Assembly (NCBI GenBank): GCA_030523915.1 | Contig: JAUNHN010000001.1 | Location: 1-62,217, forward strand | From: Capnocytophaga sp. | Lineage (GTDB): Bacteria; Bacteroidota; Bacteroidia; Flavobacteriales; Flavobacteriaceae | DNA length: 62,217 bases | Reading direction: 5' to 3' | In this document: piece by piece, positions 17,902 through 27,047 of the stretch | Numbering within the stretch: position 1 is the stretch's first letter | Layout: every line of letters starts with the position of its first letter | Notes under the pieces: model-generated | Told to the model about the DNA's origin: nothing | The model's database searches: none | The model's input: only the letters and a program-made list of their open reading frames with translations | Position numbers and translations under genes: made by a program

Positions 17902-19266
17902 ATGCAGACAACACTTCGGAAAACAGCAATTATAGGTTTGGCTATTGTTATAGCCGTTGTTCTAAATTATCTTCTTCCGTATGAAGACAAAGTAAACAAA
18001 GGATTGGCTTTGTTGGCATTGGTGGCTATTTTGTGGCTTACGGAAGTGATTCATATTACAGTTACAGCACTATTAGTGCCTATTTTGGCTATATTTTTTG
18101 GGCTTGAACAAACTAAACCAGCCCTGCAAGCCTTTGCCAACCCTACGATTTTCCTTTTCTTCGGCGGATTTGCTATTGCTACTGCATTGAGTGTCCAGAA
18201 GTTAGACCAATATATTGCCAATCGGGTAATTTCATTTGCTCGTGGTAATTTTACGATAGCTGTATTATTGCTTTTTTCGGTAACAGCTTTATTATCAATG
18301 GGTATAAGTAATACTGCTACGGCTGCTATGATGACTCCTTTGGCAATTGGAATGCTTAAAAATATTGATTATAAATCGAATAAAGCTACGTATACGTTTG
18401 TTATTCTGGGAATTGCATATAGTTCCAGCATCGGCGGTATGGGAACACTTGTGGGGTCGCCTCCCAATGCGATTGTCGCTTCTCAATTACATTTAACATT
18501 TTCTGATTGGCTCAAATACGGAATGCCAACGATGATAGGATTAATGCCCTTGATGTTACTTACGATGTATTTCGTATTTAAACCCAATTTAAAAATTAAA
18601 GTAAATACAACTACTTCTGTGGAAAGACTAACTCAGAAACAATATATGACTATTATTATTTTTGGGGTTACTGCTCTTTGCTGGATTTTAGGCGATTTAT
18701 TGAATGATACCATAACAAATATTTTAGGAATTTCTAAAATAGCTGATTTTGATGCAGTTATTGCAATTTCGGCAGCTGTGTTGATATGTATCGGTAGGAT
18801 AGCGACTTGGAAAGAAGTGCAGGAAAATACGGATTGGGGTGTGCTGATGCTCTTTGGTGGCGGACTTACACTAAGTGCCATTTTGATTAATTCAGGAGCT
18901 AATAAAGCAATGGTTGATGAGATTGTCTTTTTGGTGGAAGGCAAACATTATTATTTAATAGGATTACTCGTTGCAACATTTATTATTTTTCTTACGGAAT
19001 TTACATCAAATACAGCGAGTGCAGCTTTGCTTGTCCCTATTTTTATTTCCATAGCCGAAGCCTTGAATATGAATCCATTAGGGTTATCGCTCATTATCGG
19101 ATTGGGGGCTTCGTGTGCTTTTATGTTGCCAGTAGCAACTCCGCCCAATGCAATTGCTTACGGAACGGGAATGGTAAGTCAGCAAGATATGATAAAAGCA
19201 GGTTTTGTACTTAATATATTGAGTATCATATTTATATCAGTTATCGCTTATTGGTTTTGGTTTTAG
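17902..19266 (+). CDS. DASS/SLC13 sodium:dicarboxylate symporter (VcINDY-like)
   Basis: Two SNT motifs (ISNTATAAM, FTSNTASAAL), TLVGSPPNAI, FMLPVATPPNAI, WGVLMLFGGGL. Confidence 0.92.
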   Translation: MQTTLRKTAIIGLAIVIAVVLNYLLPYEDKVNKGLALLALVAILWLTEVIHITVTALLVPILAIFFGLEQTKPALQAFANPTIFLFFGGFAIATALSVQKLDQYIANRVISFARGNFTIAVLLLFSVTALLSMGISNTATAAMMTPLAIGMLKNIDYKSNKATYTFVILGIAYSSSIGGMGTLVGSPPNAIVASQLHLTFSDWLKYGMPTMIGLMPLMLLTMYFVFKPNLKIKVNTTTSVERLTQKQYMTIIIFGVTALCWILGDLLNDTITNILGISKIADFDAVIAISAAVLICIGRIATWKEVQENTDWGVLMLFGGGLTLSAILINSGANKAMVDEIVFLVEGKHYYLIGLLVATFIIFLTEFTSNTASAALLVPIFISIAEALNMNPLGLSLIIGLGASCAFMLPVATPPNAIAYGTGMVSQQDMIKAGFVLNILSIIFISVIAYWFWF

Positions 19267-19331
19267 ATTTTTTTGACAACTTGTTTTACAATTAGTTATG
19301 AAATTTGGCAACCAATTAATATAAATTAAAA

Positions 19332-19820
19332 ATGAAAATTTTACTACTTTCTGATACGCATTCTTATATAGATGATAAAATTTTGGCACACGCTTCACAA
19401 GTAGATGAAGTGTGGCATTGTGGGGATTTTGGTTCAGCTAATGTAGCTAAAGCTCTTGCCGAGATAAAACCCCTGCGAGGGGTTTATGGAAATATAGACG
19501 GGACAGATATTCGTAGCCAATTCCCTGAAGTAAATCGTTTTTTCTGTGAAGAAGTAGAGGTTTTGATGATTCATATTGGGGGCTATCCTAATAAATATTC
19601 GGCATTGGCGAAGCAAGAAATTACTTCCCGAACTCCGAAAATTTTCATTTCAGGACATTCACATATTTTGAAAGTGATGTACGATAAGAATTTTCAGTTA
19701 TTACACCTAAATCCAGGAGCTGTTGGCAAACACGGTTGGCAGACAGTCCGTACAATGATTCGATTTGAAATTGATAAAAAAGACATCAAAAACATCGAAA
19801 TTATTGAGTTCCCGAGGTAG
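19332..19820 (+). CDS. Metallophosphoesterase (YfcE/MJ0936 family)
   Basis: LSDTH, HCGD, GNID, GHSH, NPGA. Confidence 0.9.
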   Translation: MKILLLSDTHSYIDDKILAHASQVDEVWHCGDFGSANVAKALAEIKPLRGVYGNIDGTDIRSQFPEVNRFFCEEVEVLMIHIGGYPNKYSALAKQEITSRTPKIFISGHSHILKVMYDKNFQLLHLNPGAVGKHGWQTVRTMIRFEIDKKDIKNIEIIEFPR

Positions 19821-19824
19821 TATT

Positions 19825-21129
19825 TTACTTGTCAAGTTCATTTTTAATTCGTATTAATTCTTCCTCTTCAAAATTATTCTCAGAAGCGGAAAAACTAACG
19901 AATTTAACATTTTCGGGCAAGATTAATTTGGTCAATTGATTTTTGGAACAATCCAATATATTTATAGGATTATTACTTAAATCCAGTTTAGTCAATTGGT
20001 TTTCTTCACATCTTAGATGCAGTAAATTCGGGTTTTGGCTTAAATCCAATTCTGTTAGTTGGTTTCTTGCACACATTATAACCCATACGAGTGGCTGTTG
20101 AGTTATATCAAGAGAAGTTAGTTGATTTCCTGAGCAAAAGACTTCTTTTAATTCTTTGTTATTACTTAAATTTAGCTTGGTTAGCTCATTGTCATTACAG
20201 TCCAAAATTGTTAAATCAAGATGATTGCTTATGTCAATATTCGATAATTTATTATTTGAGCAAATAAATACTCTGAGGCTATTATTTTTACTCAAGTCCA
20301 ATTCCGTTAGTTGATTTTCTCGACAATTCAGTGAATACAATCGGAAATTCTCGCTAACATTGAGGGTAGTTAGTTGATTTTCAGAACAGTCCAAAGACCC
20401 TAAACGAATATTTTTATCTACATCTAAAAATTTCAATTGATTTTGCCAACAGTCCAGCACTCGTAAATAGACATTCTGTTGAACATCAAGGTTAAGCAAT
20501 TGATTTCTGGAACAATCTAATTCTTTTAAATTCTTATTTTTATGAATGTCTATAAAGGTAAGTGAATTTTCTCCACAATATAATTTCTCTAAGAGGAGAT
20601 TATTACTTACATTAAGTCGCGTTAGTTTGTTTTTAGTACACGCCAATTCTTTTAACTCGGGGTTATGTTCTGTGATAATTGTAGGTAGTTGATTTTCAGA
20701 ACAAAGCAGCTCTTTTAACAAGATGTTTTTGCCTACATCGAGGCTTTTGAGCAGATTGTTGGAACACATCAGCACTACCAAATGCGGATTTTTTGTTACA
20801 TCAAGTGAACTTATCTCATTGTGCGAACAGTTTAACTCTTTTATTTTGCCGTAAATAGTTATGGTTTTATGTTTTACGGGGAGTGTAATAGGGGTGTTAA
20901 ATACCGAAATTTGTTCGTCTTTATCTTTTTTCTTGTTATTATTTAGGTCAATCCAAACCAAATTTTGGTCTTGCTCATCGGCATCTATGAGTAATTGGAA
21001 TTCTTTGCCTATTTCTTTCTCTATTTTGAAAGTAATTTTAGGTGTTTTGGATAAATTTTGGCTACTTTTACACGATAATATGAATAGAAAGCTACTTATT
21101 ATGATAGTTTTTAGGTGTGTTTTGTTCAT
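19825..21129 (-). CDS. Leucine-rich repeat lipoprotein (21-aa Cys-containing LRRs)
   Basis: Lipobox FILSC; roughly 15 repeats of LxCxxNxLxxLDxxxNxxL. Confidence 0.85.
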   Translation of the reverse strand: MNKTHLKTIIISSFLFILSCKSSQNLSKTPKITFKIEKEIGKEFQLLIDADEQDQNLVWIDLNNNKKKDKDEQISVFNTPITLPVKHKTITIYGKIKELNCSHNEISSLDVTKNPHLVVLMCSNNLLKSLDVGKNILLKELLCSENQLPTIITEHNPELKELACTKNKLTRLNVSNNLLLEKLYCGENSLTFIDIHKNKNLKELDCSRNQLLNLDVQQNVYLRVLDCWQNQLKFLDVDKNIRLGSLDCSENQLTTLNVSENFRLYSLNCRENQLTELDLSKNNSLRVFICSNNKLSNIDISNHLDLTILDCNDNELTKLNLSNNKELKEVFCSGNQLTSLDITQQPLVWVIMCARNQLTELDLSQNPNLLHLRCEENQLTKLDLSNNPINILDCSKNQLTKLILPENVKFVSFSASENNFEEEELIRIKNELDK

Positions 21130-21197
21130 ATTTTTAGTTTTTTTTGTAAAAATTAAAATGTTTAGCCTAAAATAATAGCTCCAAAACCCTAAACGAG

Positions 21198-21527
21198 CTA
21201 TTTCAGTTCCATTTTTTCGGCAAAGTACTCACAGAAATCACGCATAGTGTCACGCATTTTGGCATCGTCGGTGGCACGGTAAAAAGTGTCGGACATAGCC
21301 GAAAGAGTTTGGTAAAAGAACATTTTCATTTCATCTACGGGCATTTCTTTTGTCCAAAGGTCGATGCGTAAGGCTTCTTTATTTTTGGCATCCCAAACCG
21401 AAAGGAAGATAGCTTTGGCTTCTTCGTTGTAAATTCCGCCATCTTCGGCATTCCAGAAGAGTTTTTCAGGGATTTTATTTTCGTCTAACGCTATGGTTAG
21501 TTGGATATTTGATGTTTTTTTTGACAT
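21198..21527 (-). CDS. gldC: Gliding motility protein GldC
   Basis: LDENKIPEKLFWNAEDGG, LRIDLWTKEMPVDEMKMFFYQTL; directly downstream of gldB. Confidence 0.92.
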   Translation of the reverse strand: MSKKTSNIQLTIALDENKIPEKLFWNAEDGGIYNEEAKAIFLSVWDAKNKEALRIDLWTKEMPVDEMKMFFYQTLSAMSDTFYRATDDAKMRDTMRDFCEYFAEKMELK

Positions 21528-22480
21528 TATTTTTTCGGTTTATAAAAAGATTGTTTGAATAGTTCATCGGGTTTCATAGATAGCATTTCTATCATTGACA
21601 TTTGGTTGTGTTTTTTCATAAAAGCTTTCACGATTTGTAGCCCAATGAATCGCCCTACACCACCTGGTGATTCGTTGTCCAATTCCAAATAAAATTTAGA
21701 GAAAGGAGCAGGGTAGATGAATCGGTTTAGGAGCTTTTTATCGGTCTGATAAAGCAAATTGCCTTCCACAAAATACCGCCAGATTTGTGATTCGTTTTCC
21801 TCTGTCCATTTCCATTTGGTTTTGTCGTATTTTAGGATTTCGGCTTCGGACTTTTTGGGTAGAAGCATCTGCATCAGATAGAGCTTTTTACCTTCATAAA
21901 TCATATTGTCTAAAAATGTAAGATACTGAAGGCGAGGCACTAATTTGTCCGCAAATGATTCGGCAATGTCTATAACGATATTCTCTTTTGTTAATTCAAA
22001 CCGAATGTATTTTTGAATATTTTCATAAAAATGATGATTCTCTCCCAGATAGTTATCTATCCCGATAAGTAACAAGCTATCAGCATATATCACACGCGAT
22101 TGATAATCTACTTCGGAGGTAAGAGTAATTACTTTAGGAGGTTGAAACTTAGGAAAATAGTACGCAATGTGCTGGAATAGATTTTTGATTTCTTTTTTCT
22201 CTTTTGTGAAATCCCCTACATTCTTTTGTACTTCTTTGAAAAGTGCTTTTTGGAGGCTATCTTGCTGAATTTCAATCCATTCTTCGTTGGTTATATTTGA
22301 TGTGAAGAAAAAAGGAAATTCTTTTCGTAATTCAGGGATTTTTTCAGCAGGTGAAGAGAAGAAAAGTGAATCAAAACGTATGGTTTTGACTTCCATTGGT
22401 ATTTGTGCGATTTCTTTTTCTTTTTTGTCTCCACAAGCCACAAAAGCAAGTAATCCTGCCAGTAGAAATATTTTTTTCAT
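21527..22480 (-). CDS. gldB: Gliding motility lipoprotein GldB
   Basis: Likely start ATG 22480 (MKKIFLLAGLLAFVAC, lipobox). Motifs IRFDSLFF, IGIDNYLG, PAPFSKFYLELDNESPGGVGRFIG. Confidence 0.9.
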   Translation of the reverse strand: MKKIFLLAGLLAFVACGDKKEKEIAQIPMEVKTIRFDSLFFSSPAEKIPELRKEFPFFFTSNITNEEWIEIQQDSLQKALFKEVQKNVGDFTKEKKEIKNLFQHIAYYFPKFQPPKVITLTSEVDYQSRVIYADSLLLIGIDNYLGENHHFYENIQKYIRFELTKENIVIDIAESFADKLVPRLQYLTFLDNMIYEGKKLYLMQMLLPKKSEAEILKYDKTKWKWTEENESQIWRYFVEGNLLYQTDKKLLNRFIYPAPFSKFYLELDNESPGGVGRFIGLQIVKAFMKKHNQMSMIEMLSMKPDELFKQSFYKPKK

Positions 22481-22627
22481 AAATAAATATGCTAAGCTAT
22501 GGGGCAAATATATTACATATCTGTTAAATAAAAAATGAAAAATAAAAAAACATACTAAACCTTTGCCAAAACAAACGTTAAAATTATCTTTTTTTGTCAT
22601 AATCAAAGAATTATCCATTTTTCTATT

Positions 22628-22635
22628 TATATTTG
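22628..22635 (+). promoter_or_regulatory. -7 element (TATATTTG) upstream of HMG-CoA reductase
   Basis: TATATTTGCA ending about 35 nt before ATG 22671. Confidence 0.6.
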
Positions 22636-22670
22636 CAACGTCATTTTACCAGAGAAAACACATTGCATCG

Positions 22671-23978
22671 ATGAAAAATATTCAAGGATTTTCAAAACTA
22701 ACAAAACAACAAAAAATAGAATGGCTTTGTAAAGCCTACTTTGCCGATGATGAAAATGCAGCTTCGCATTTTGAGAAATACCATAATACCGACAAGGATT
22801 TGCAAAAATTACACGATGAATTTATCGAAAATACGGTGTCTAATTATTATTTGCCATTTGCTGTGGCTCCTAATTTTGTGATTAATGGCAAAACCTATAC
22901 TGTACCGATGGCAATCGAAGAAAGTTCGGTAGTGGCAGCTGCTAGCCGAGCGGCTAAGTTCTGGGAAACACGAGGCGGATTCAAAGCTGAAGTACTTTCT
23001 ACCGAAAAAAATGGACAAGTGCATTTTATGTTTTATGGTGAAAAAAGTGATTTGGAATATTTTTTTAGCAAAATAAAATCTAAAATGCTGGAAAATACTA
23101 CTCCAATTACCGCAAATATGCAAAAACGTGGTGGAGGAATTACTTCACTTCGATTGGTTGATAAAACAGCAGAATTGGCTAATTACTATCAGCTTTTTGC
23201 TACTTTTGAAACGTTGGATGCAATGGGGGCGAATTTTATCAATTCGTGTTTAGAGGATTTTTCTCAAACTTTTCGTCAGGAAGCGGTAAATTATCCTGAA
23301 ATAGACGGAAAATATGAAATTGTGATGTCTATTCTTTCTAATTATGTATCTGAATGTTTGGTTAGGGTCGAGGTTTCTTGCCCTACGGAGCAATTGGCAA
23401 TAGCGAACTTAAATGGAAAGGAATTCGCAGAAAAATTTGTCAGAGCTATCGCTATTGCTAATGCCGAAGTACGTCGAGCTACAACACATAATAAGGGCAT
23501 TATGAACGGAATCGACTCGGTAATATTAGCAACAGGTAATGATTTTAGAGCTGTCGAGGCAGGAGTACACGCCTATGCAGCTCGTAGTGGAAAGTACCAA
23601 AGCCTAACAACTGCACGTATCGAAAATGATGTTTTTTATTTTAATATTGAAGTACCTTTGGCATTAGGTACTGTAGGAGGATTGACTAATTTGCATCCAT
23701 TAGTAAAAACAGCTTTACAGATTCTGGAAAAACCTTCCGCAAAGGAATTGATGCAAATAGCAGCAACAGTAGGATTGGCACAAAACTTTGCTGCTGTAAG
23801 TTCTCTTATCACGCTTGGCATTCAGCGAGGACATATGAAAATGCACCTTATGAATATTTTAAATCAGCTGGGAGCCAGTGAATTACAAAAAACATATATA
23901 ACAAATCACTTTAAAGATAAAACATTGACTTATAGTGAAGTAGTTGATGTTTTCAAATCCATAGAGCATTTGAAGTAA
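22671..23978 (+). CDS. mvaA: Class II HMG-CoA reductase
   Basis: Likely start MKNIQGFSKL. Motifs PMAIEESSVVAAAS, DAMGANFIN, RATTHNKGIMNGID, GNDFRAVEAG, GIQRGHMKMH. Confidence 0.93.
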   Translation: MKNIQGFSKLTKQQKIEWLCKAYFADDENAASHFEKYHNTDKDLQKLHDEFIENTVSNYYLPFAVAPNFVINGKTYTVPMAIEESSVVAAASRAAKFWETRGGFKAEVLSTEKNGQVHFMFYGEKSDLEYFFSKIKSKMLENTTPITANMQKRGGGITSLRLVDKTAELANYYQLFATFETLDAMGANFINSCLEDFSQTFRQEAVNYPEIDGKYEIVMSILSNYVSECLVRVEVSCPTEQLAIANLNGKEFAEKFVRAIAIANAEVRRATTHNKGIMNGIDSVILATGNDFRAVEAGVHAYAARSGKYQSLTTARIENDVFYFNIEVPLALGTVGGLTNLHPLVKTALQILEKPSAKELMQIAATVGLAQNFAAVSSLITLGIQRGHMKMHLMNILNQLGASELQKTYITNHFKDKTLTYSEVVDVFKSIEHLK

Positions 23979-24014
23979 TGCTCTTTATTTGTAGAATTTA
24001 AAAAAAAATTTCTT

Positions 24015-25229
24015 ATGAAAAAACTTTTCTTATTTATTGCATTTTTGTTTTTACAAAATGCTTTTGGACAAATCATTTCGGAAGAATTTAATTCAACCAG
24101 ATTAAATGGAAAACGCCAAATAGCGATATATCTTCCAGAGAATTATTCTGTAAAAGAAGCCTATTCGCTTTTTGTAGTATTAGACGCTGCCTCGCTGATG
24201 GAGCCTGTAATTTCTACGGTACGCTATTACGAACTTATTCAGAATATGCCTAAAAGTATTGTGGTAGGTGTATTTAATACAGATGAAGATGTCAGCGTTC
24301 CCGAAGAGGTAGGCAGACCGATGAATGAAAGTGCTCGTTTTTTCGAGTTCGTTGGAGCAGAGTTAGTCCCTTATATTCGCGGAAAATATGCAATTAACGA
24401 CCTAAAAGGCATTGTAGCAACTGATGAGGCAGGCTATATGGCAAATCATTATTTACTTAGTGATAAACCCCTATTTAGTGCTGTAATTACACTAAATCCT
24501 AAGATACAAGCTCCTCTTGGAGAGCATCTTGCCAAGCAGTTTCTACAAGCCAGAGGATATATGTTCTACTATATGGCTACTACCAATTTGGAAGATGAAG
24601 CTACTTATAAGAAAATCAATGATTTGAATACTTTGCTCAAGGGAACGTATAATGAATATGTAAATTATAAGTTTGATAATTTTGAAGGAGCTTCAGCCGA
24701 GGCAATAAATCTAATGGGAATTGCCAAAGCCTTTGATTTGCTTTTTGATGTATACAAACCAATAAGTACCAGAGAATTTAAAGAAAAAATCCAACCTTTG
24801 AACGAACAAATTTTTGAATACTTAGAAACCAAATACAATCGCATTCAAAAAGAATTGGGCGTAAGAAAGAAACCTACACTAAACGATATTTTTGCCATCT
24901 ACGATGCTACGCACCAAAAAGAAGATTGGAATTCACTAATTCGATTGGCTGAATTTGTAAAAGCAAACGGATATGTAGAAACAGCAATGCCAAACTTCTT
25001 TCTCGGAGAATATTACGAAAAAACGGAAGACTACAAACGTGCTATTCGTGCTTACCAAAGAGCCTATGCCGAGCCGAATATTGATTTTATCAAAGCCGAT
25101 TTGATTGACGGTCGCATTACAGAACTTAGAAAGAAAACAACTAAAACCAAAGGAAAGACCGAGGAAGAGCCTCTGCCAGAAGAAACTCCATCTGAAGAAA
25201 CCACTAAGCAAGAAACTCCAACTCCTTAA
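24015..25229 (+). CDS. Exported esterase-fold (alpha/beta hydrolase-like) protein with a C-terminal TPR and an acidic tail
   Basis: Signal peptide (AFG|Q); RQIAIYLPENY, MPKSIVVGV and FFEFVGAELVPYI are typical of Fes/IroE-like esterases; TPR-like LGEYYEKTEDYKRAIRAYQRAY. Confidence 0.7.
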   Translation: MKKLFLFIAFLFLQNAFGQIISEEFNSTRLNGKRQIAIYLPENYSVKEAYSLFVVLDAASLMEPVISTVRYYELIQNMPKSIVVGVFNTDEDVSVPEEVGRPMNESARFFEFVGAELVPYIRGKYAINDLKGIVATDEAGYMANHYLLSDKPLFSAVITLNPKIQAPLGEHLAKQFLQARGYMFYYMATTNLEDEATYKKINDLNTLLKGTYNEYVNYKFDNFEGASAEAINLMGIAKAFDLLFDVYKPISTREFKEKIQPLNEQIFEYLETKYNRIQKELGVRKKPTLNDIFAIYDATHQKEDWNSLIRLAEFVKANGYVETAMPNFFLGEYYEKTEDYKRAIRAYQRAYAEPNIDFIKADLIDGRITELRKKTTKTKGKTEEEPLPEETPSEETTKQETPTP

Positions 25230-25232
25230 ATT

Positions 25233-26597
25233 TTGTTTATGAAGGTAAAAACATCGTATTTTTGTCAGAATTGTGGAACGCAGTACAGCAAATGGCAAGG
25301 GCAGTGTTACGCTTGTAAGCAATGGAACACCATTGTAGAAGAAGTTCTCCAAAAAGAAGAGAAAAAAGCGTGGCAAGAAGACACTCCCAAAACCAAAAAA
25401 GCTCCTAAGTATATTCCTGTTTCTCAGATAAATACACAGCAAGAAGCTCGGCTTAATAGCAATAACAACGAGCTGAATAATGTGCTGGGAGGAGGGATTG
25501 TTCCTGGCTCGGTTACACTTTTAGGAGGCGAACCAGGCATTGGAAAAAGTACACTTTTGCTACAAATCGCATTGAATTTGCCGTACAAAACCTTGTATGT
25601 TTCAGGGGAAGAAAGCGAAAAGCAAATCAAAATGCGAGCCGACCGCATTCCGCATAAATTGGACAATTGTTTTATTCTTACCGAAACAAAAACACAAAAT
25701 ATATTTCAGCAAATCAAGGAGTTACAACCTGAAATCGTAATTATTGATTCTATTCAGACCTTGCAATCTGATTATATCGAGGCTTCGGCAGGAAGTATTT
25801 CTCAAATCAGAGAATGCACTTCGGAACTCATAAAATTTGCAAAAACAACGCATACGCCCGTCATTCTCATTGGACATATTACCAAAGACGGGCATATTGC
25901 AGGTCCTAAGATTTTGGAACATATGGTAGATACGGTTCTTCAGTTTGAAGGCGACCGAAATCACGTATATCGCATTTTGAGGTCGCTGAAAAATCGTTTT
26001 GGTTCTACCTCTGAATTAGGGATTTATGAAATGCTCAGCAACGGATTGCGGGAAGTTAGCAACCCGTCCGAAATCTTAATTTCTAAAACAGATGAAACCA
26101 TCAGCGGTACGGCAATAGCAGCTACACTTGAAGGAATGCGTCCGTTAATGATTGAAATACAAGCACTTGTAAGTACCGCCGTTTACGGAACTCCGCAACG
26201 AAGTGCCACAGGATTTAACGCCAAACGCCTTAATATGTTACTTGCCGTTTTGGAAAAACGAGCAGGTTTCCGATTGGGAGCTAAGGACGTGTTTTTAAAC
26301 ATCACGGGAGGCATTAATATTGATGACCCAGCCACAGATTTAGGGGTGGCAATGGCGATTTTGTCCTCAAATGAAGATATTGCCATTGAAAAAAATGTCT
26401 GTTTTGCTGGGGAAGTAGGCTTAGGAGGAGAAATACGCCCCATACAACGTGTAGAACAACGCATCACCGAAGCCGAAAAATTAGGTTTTACCACTATTTT
26501 TGTTTCAAAATATAGCAAAATAGCATTAAAAAGTACGGCTATCCGCATCGTAAAAGTCGCCAAAATCGAAGATGCTATTCAGGAATTATTCGGATAG
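25233..26597 (+). CDS. radA: DNA repair protein RadA/Sms
   Basis: C4 zinc finger (CQNCG...CYAC), GEPGIGKST, KNRFG motif, Lon-like C-terminal domain. Confidence 0.97.
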   Translation: MFMKVKTSYFCQNCGTQYSKWQGQCYACKQWNTIVEEVLQKEEKKAWQEDTPKTKKAPKYIPVSQINTQQEARLNSNNNELNNVLGGGIVPGSVTLLGGEPGIGKSTLLLQIALNLPYKTLYVSGEESEKQIKMRADRIPHKLDNCFILTETKTQNIFQQIKELQPEIVIIDSIQTLQSDYIEASAGSISQIRECTSELIKFAKTTHTPVILIGHITKDGHIAGPKILEHMVDTVLQFEGDRNHVYRILRSLKNRFGSTSELGIYEMLSNGLREVSNPSEILISKTDETISGTAIAATLEGMRPLMIEIQALVSTAVYGTPQRSATGFNAKRLNMLLAVLEKRAGFRLGAKDVFLNITGGINIDDPATDLGVAMAILSSNEDIAIEKNVCFAGEVGLGGEIRPIQRVEQRITEAEKLGFTTIFVSKYSKIALKSTAIRIVKVAKIEDAIQELFG

Positions 26598-26669
26598 CGT
26601 TTTACATTTTAGGTCAGCTATTGAAAAAAGCGTAAAGTTTATAAAAAAGGGAAATACGATGATGAAATC

Positions 26670-26705
26670 AACAAAAAATTGCCTGAAAAAAGGCAATTTT
26701 TTGTT
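26670..26705. terminator. Bidirectional intrinsic terminator between radA and the convergent small gene
   Basis: Perfect 15-bp stem AACAAAAAATTGCCT / AGGCAATTTTTTGTT with a 6-nt loop and T tracts on both strands. Confidence 0.85.
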
Positions 26706-26713
26706 TTAAAAAA

Positions 26714-26845
26714 CTATTTTTTCTTTTTTCCACTACGGAATAGAAGTACAGCCATTACAATAAATCCGATGAAGACTAATCCAAAAATTCCGATAATGAT
26801 ACTACCAGCCGTGTGGTCATAAAGTGCGATGTTAAGCGTTGTCAT
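26714..26845 (-). CDS. Small single-pass membrane protein (43 aa)
   Basis: Read manually: MTTLNIALYDHTAGSIIIGIFGLVFIGFIVMAVLLFRSGKKKK*. One TM helix and a basic tail, with a promoter-like element upstream and a terminator downstream. Confidence 0.7.
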   Translation of the reverse strand: MTTLNIALYDHTAGSIIIGIFGLVFIGFIVMAVLLFRSGKKKK

Positions 26846-26867
26846 ATTTTAGTAAGTTTTAATTCGG

Positions 26868-26914
26868 CTAAGATACAATTTTTAGTGATTTTAGAAAATG
26901 ATAAATCTCATTTT
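26868..26914 (-). promoter_or_regulatory. -7-like element (TATCTTAG) plus Crp/Fnr-like palindrome upstream of the small gene
   Basis: TATCTTAG on the minus strand at 26875-26868; palindrome AAAATGA-TAAATC-TCATTTT at 26895-26914. Confidence 0.5.
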
Positions 26915-26989
26915 TTTAATTTTAGATGAATATTTTAATGAATTCATTTGAAAATAATGGCTATTTAGTAGCTGAATATGATGAGGTTA

Positions 26990-27020
26990 TTTGCCTTTAC
27001 GAAAATAAACCGTATCTTTG
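26990..27020 (+). promoter_or_regulatory. Bacteroidota sigma-A promoter (-33 TTTG, 19-nt spacer, -7 TATCTTTG)
   Basis: TTTG at 26990-26993 and TATCTTTG at 27013-27020, upstream of ATG 27048. Confidence 0.75.
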
Positions 27021-27047
27021 CAAGGCTTAAATGTTTACAAATTCTAA

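Noticed and set aside
22481-22670. Overlapping N-terminal extensions of gldB and HMG-CoA reductase in the ORF track
   Set aside because: Better starts exist at 22480 (lipoprotein signal) and 22671; the interval is a divergent promoter region.
22671-23978. HMG-CoA reductase as an unusual bacterial gene
   Set aside because: The mevalonate pathway is common in Flavobacteriaceae.
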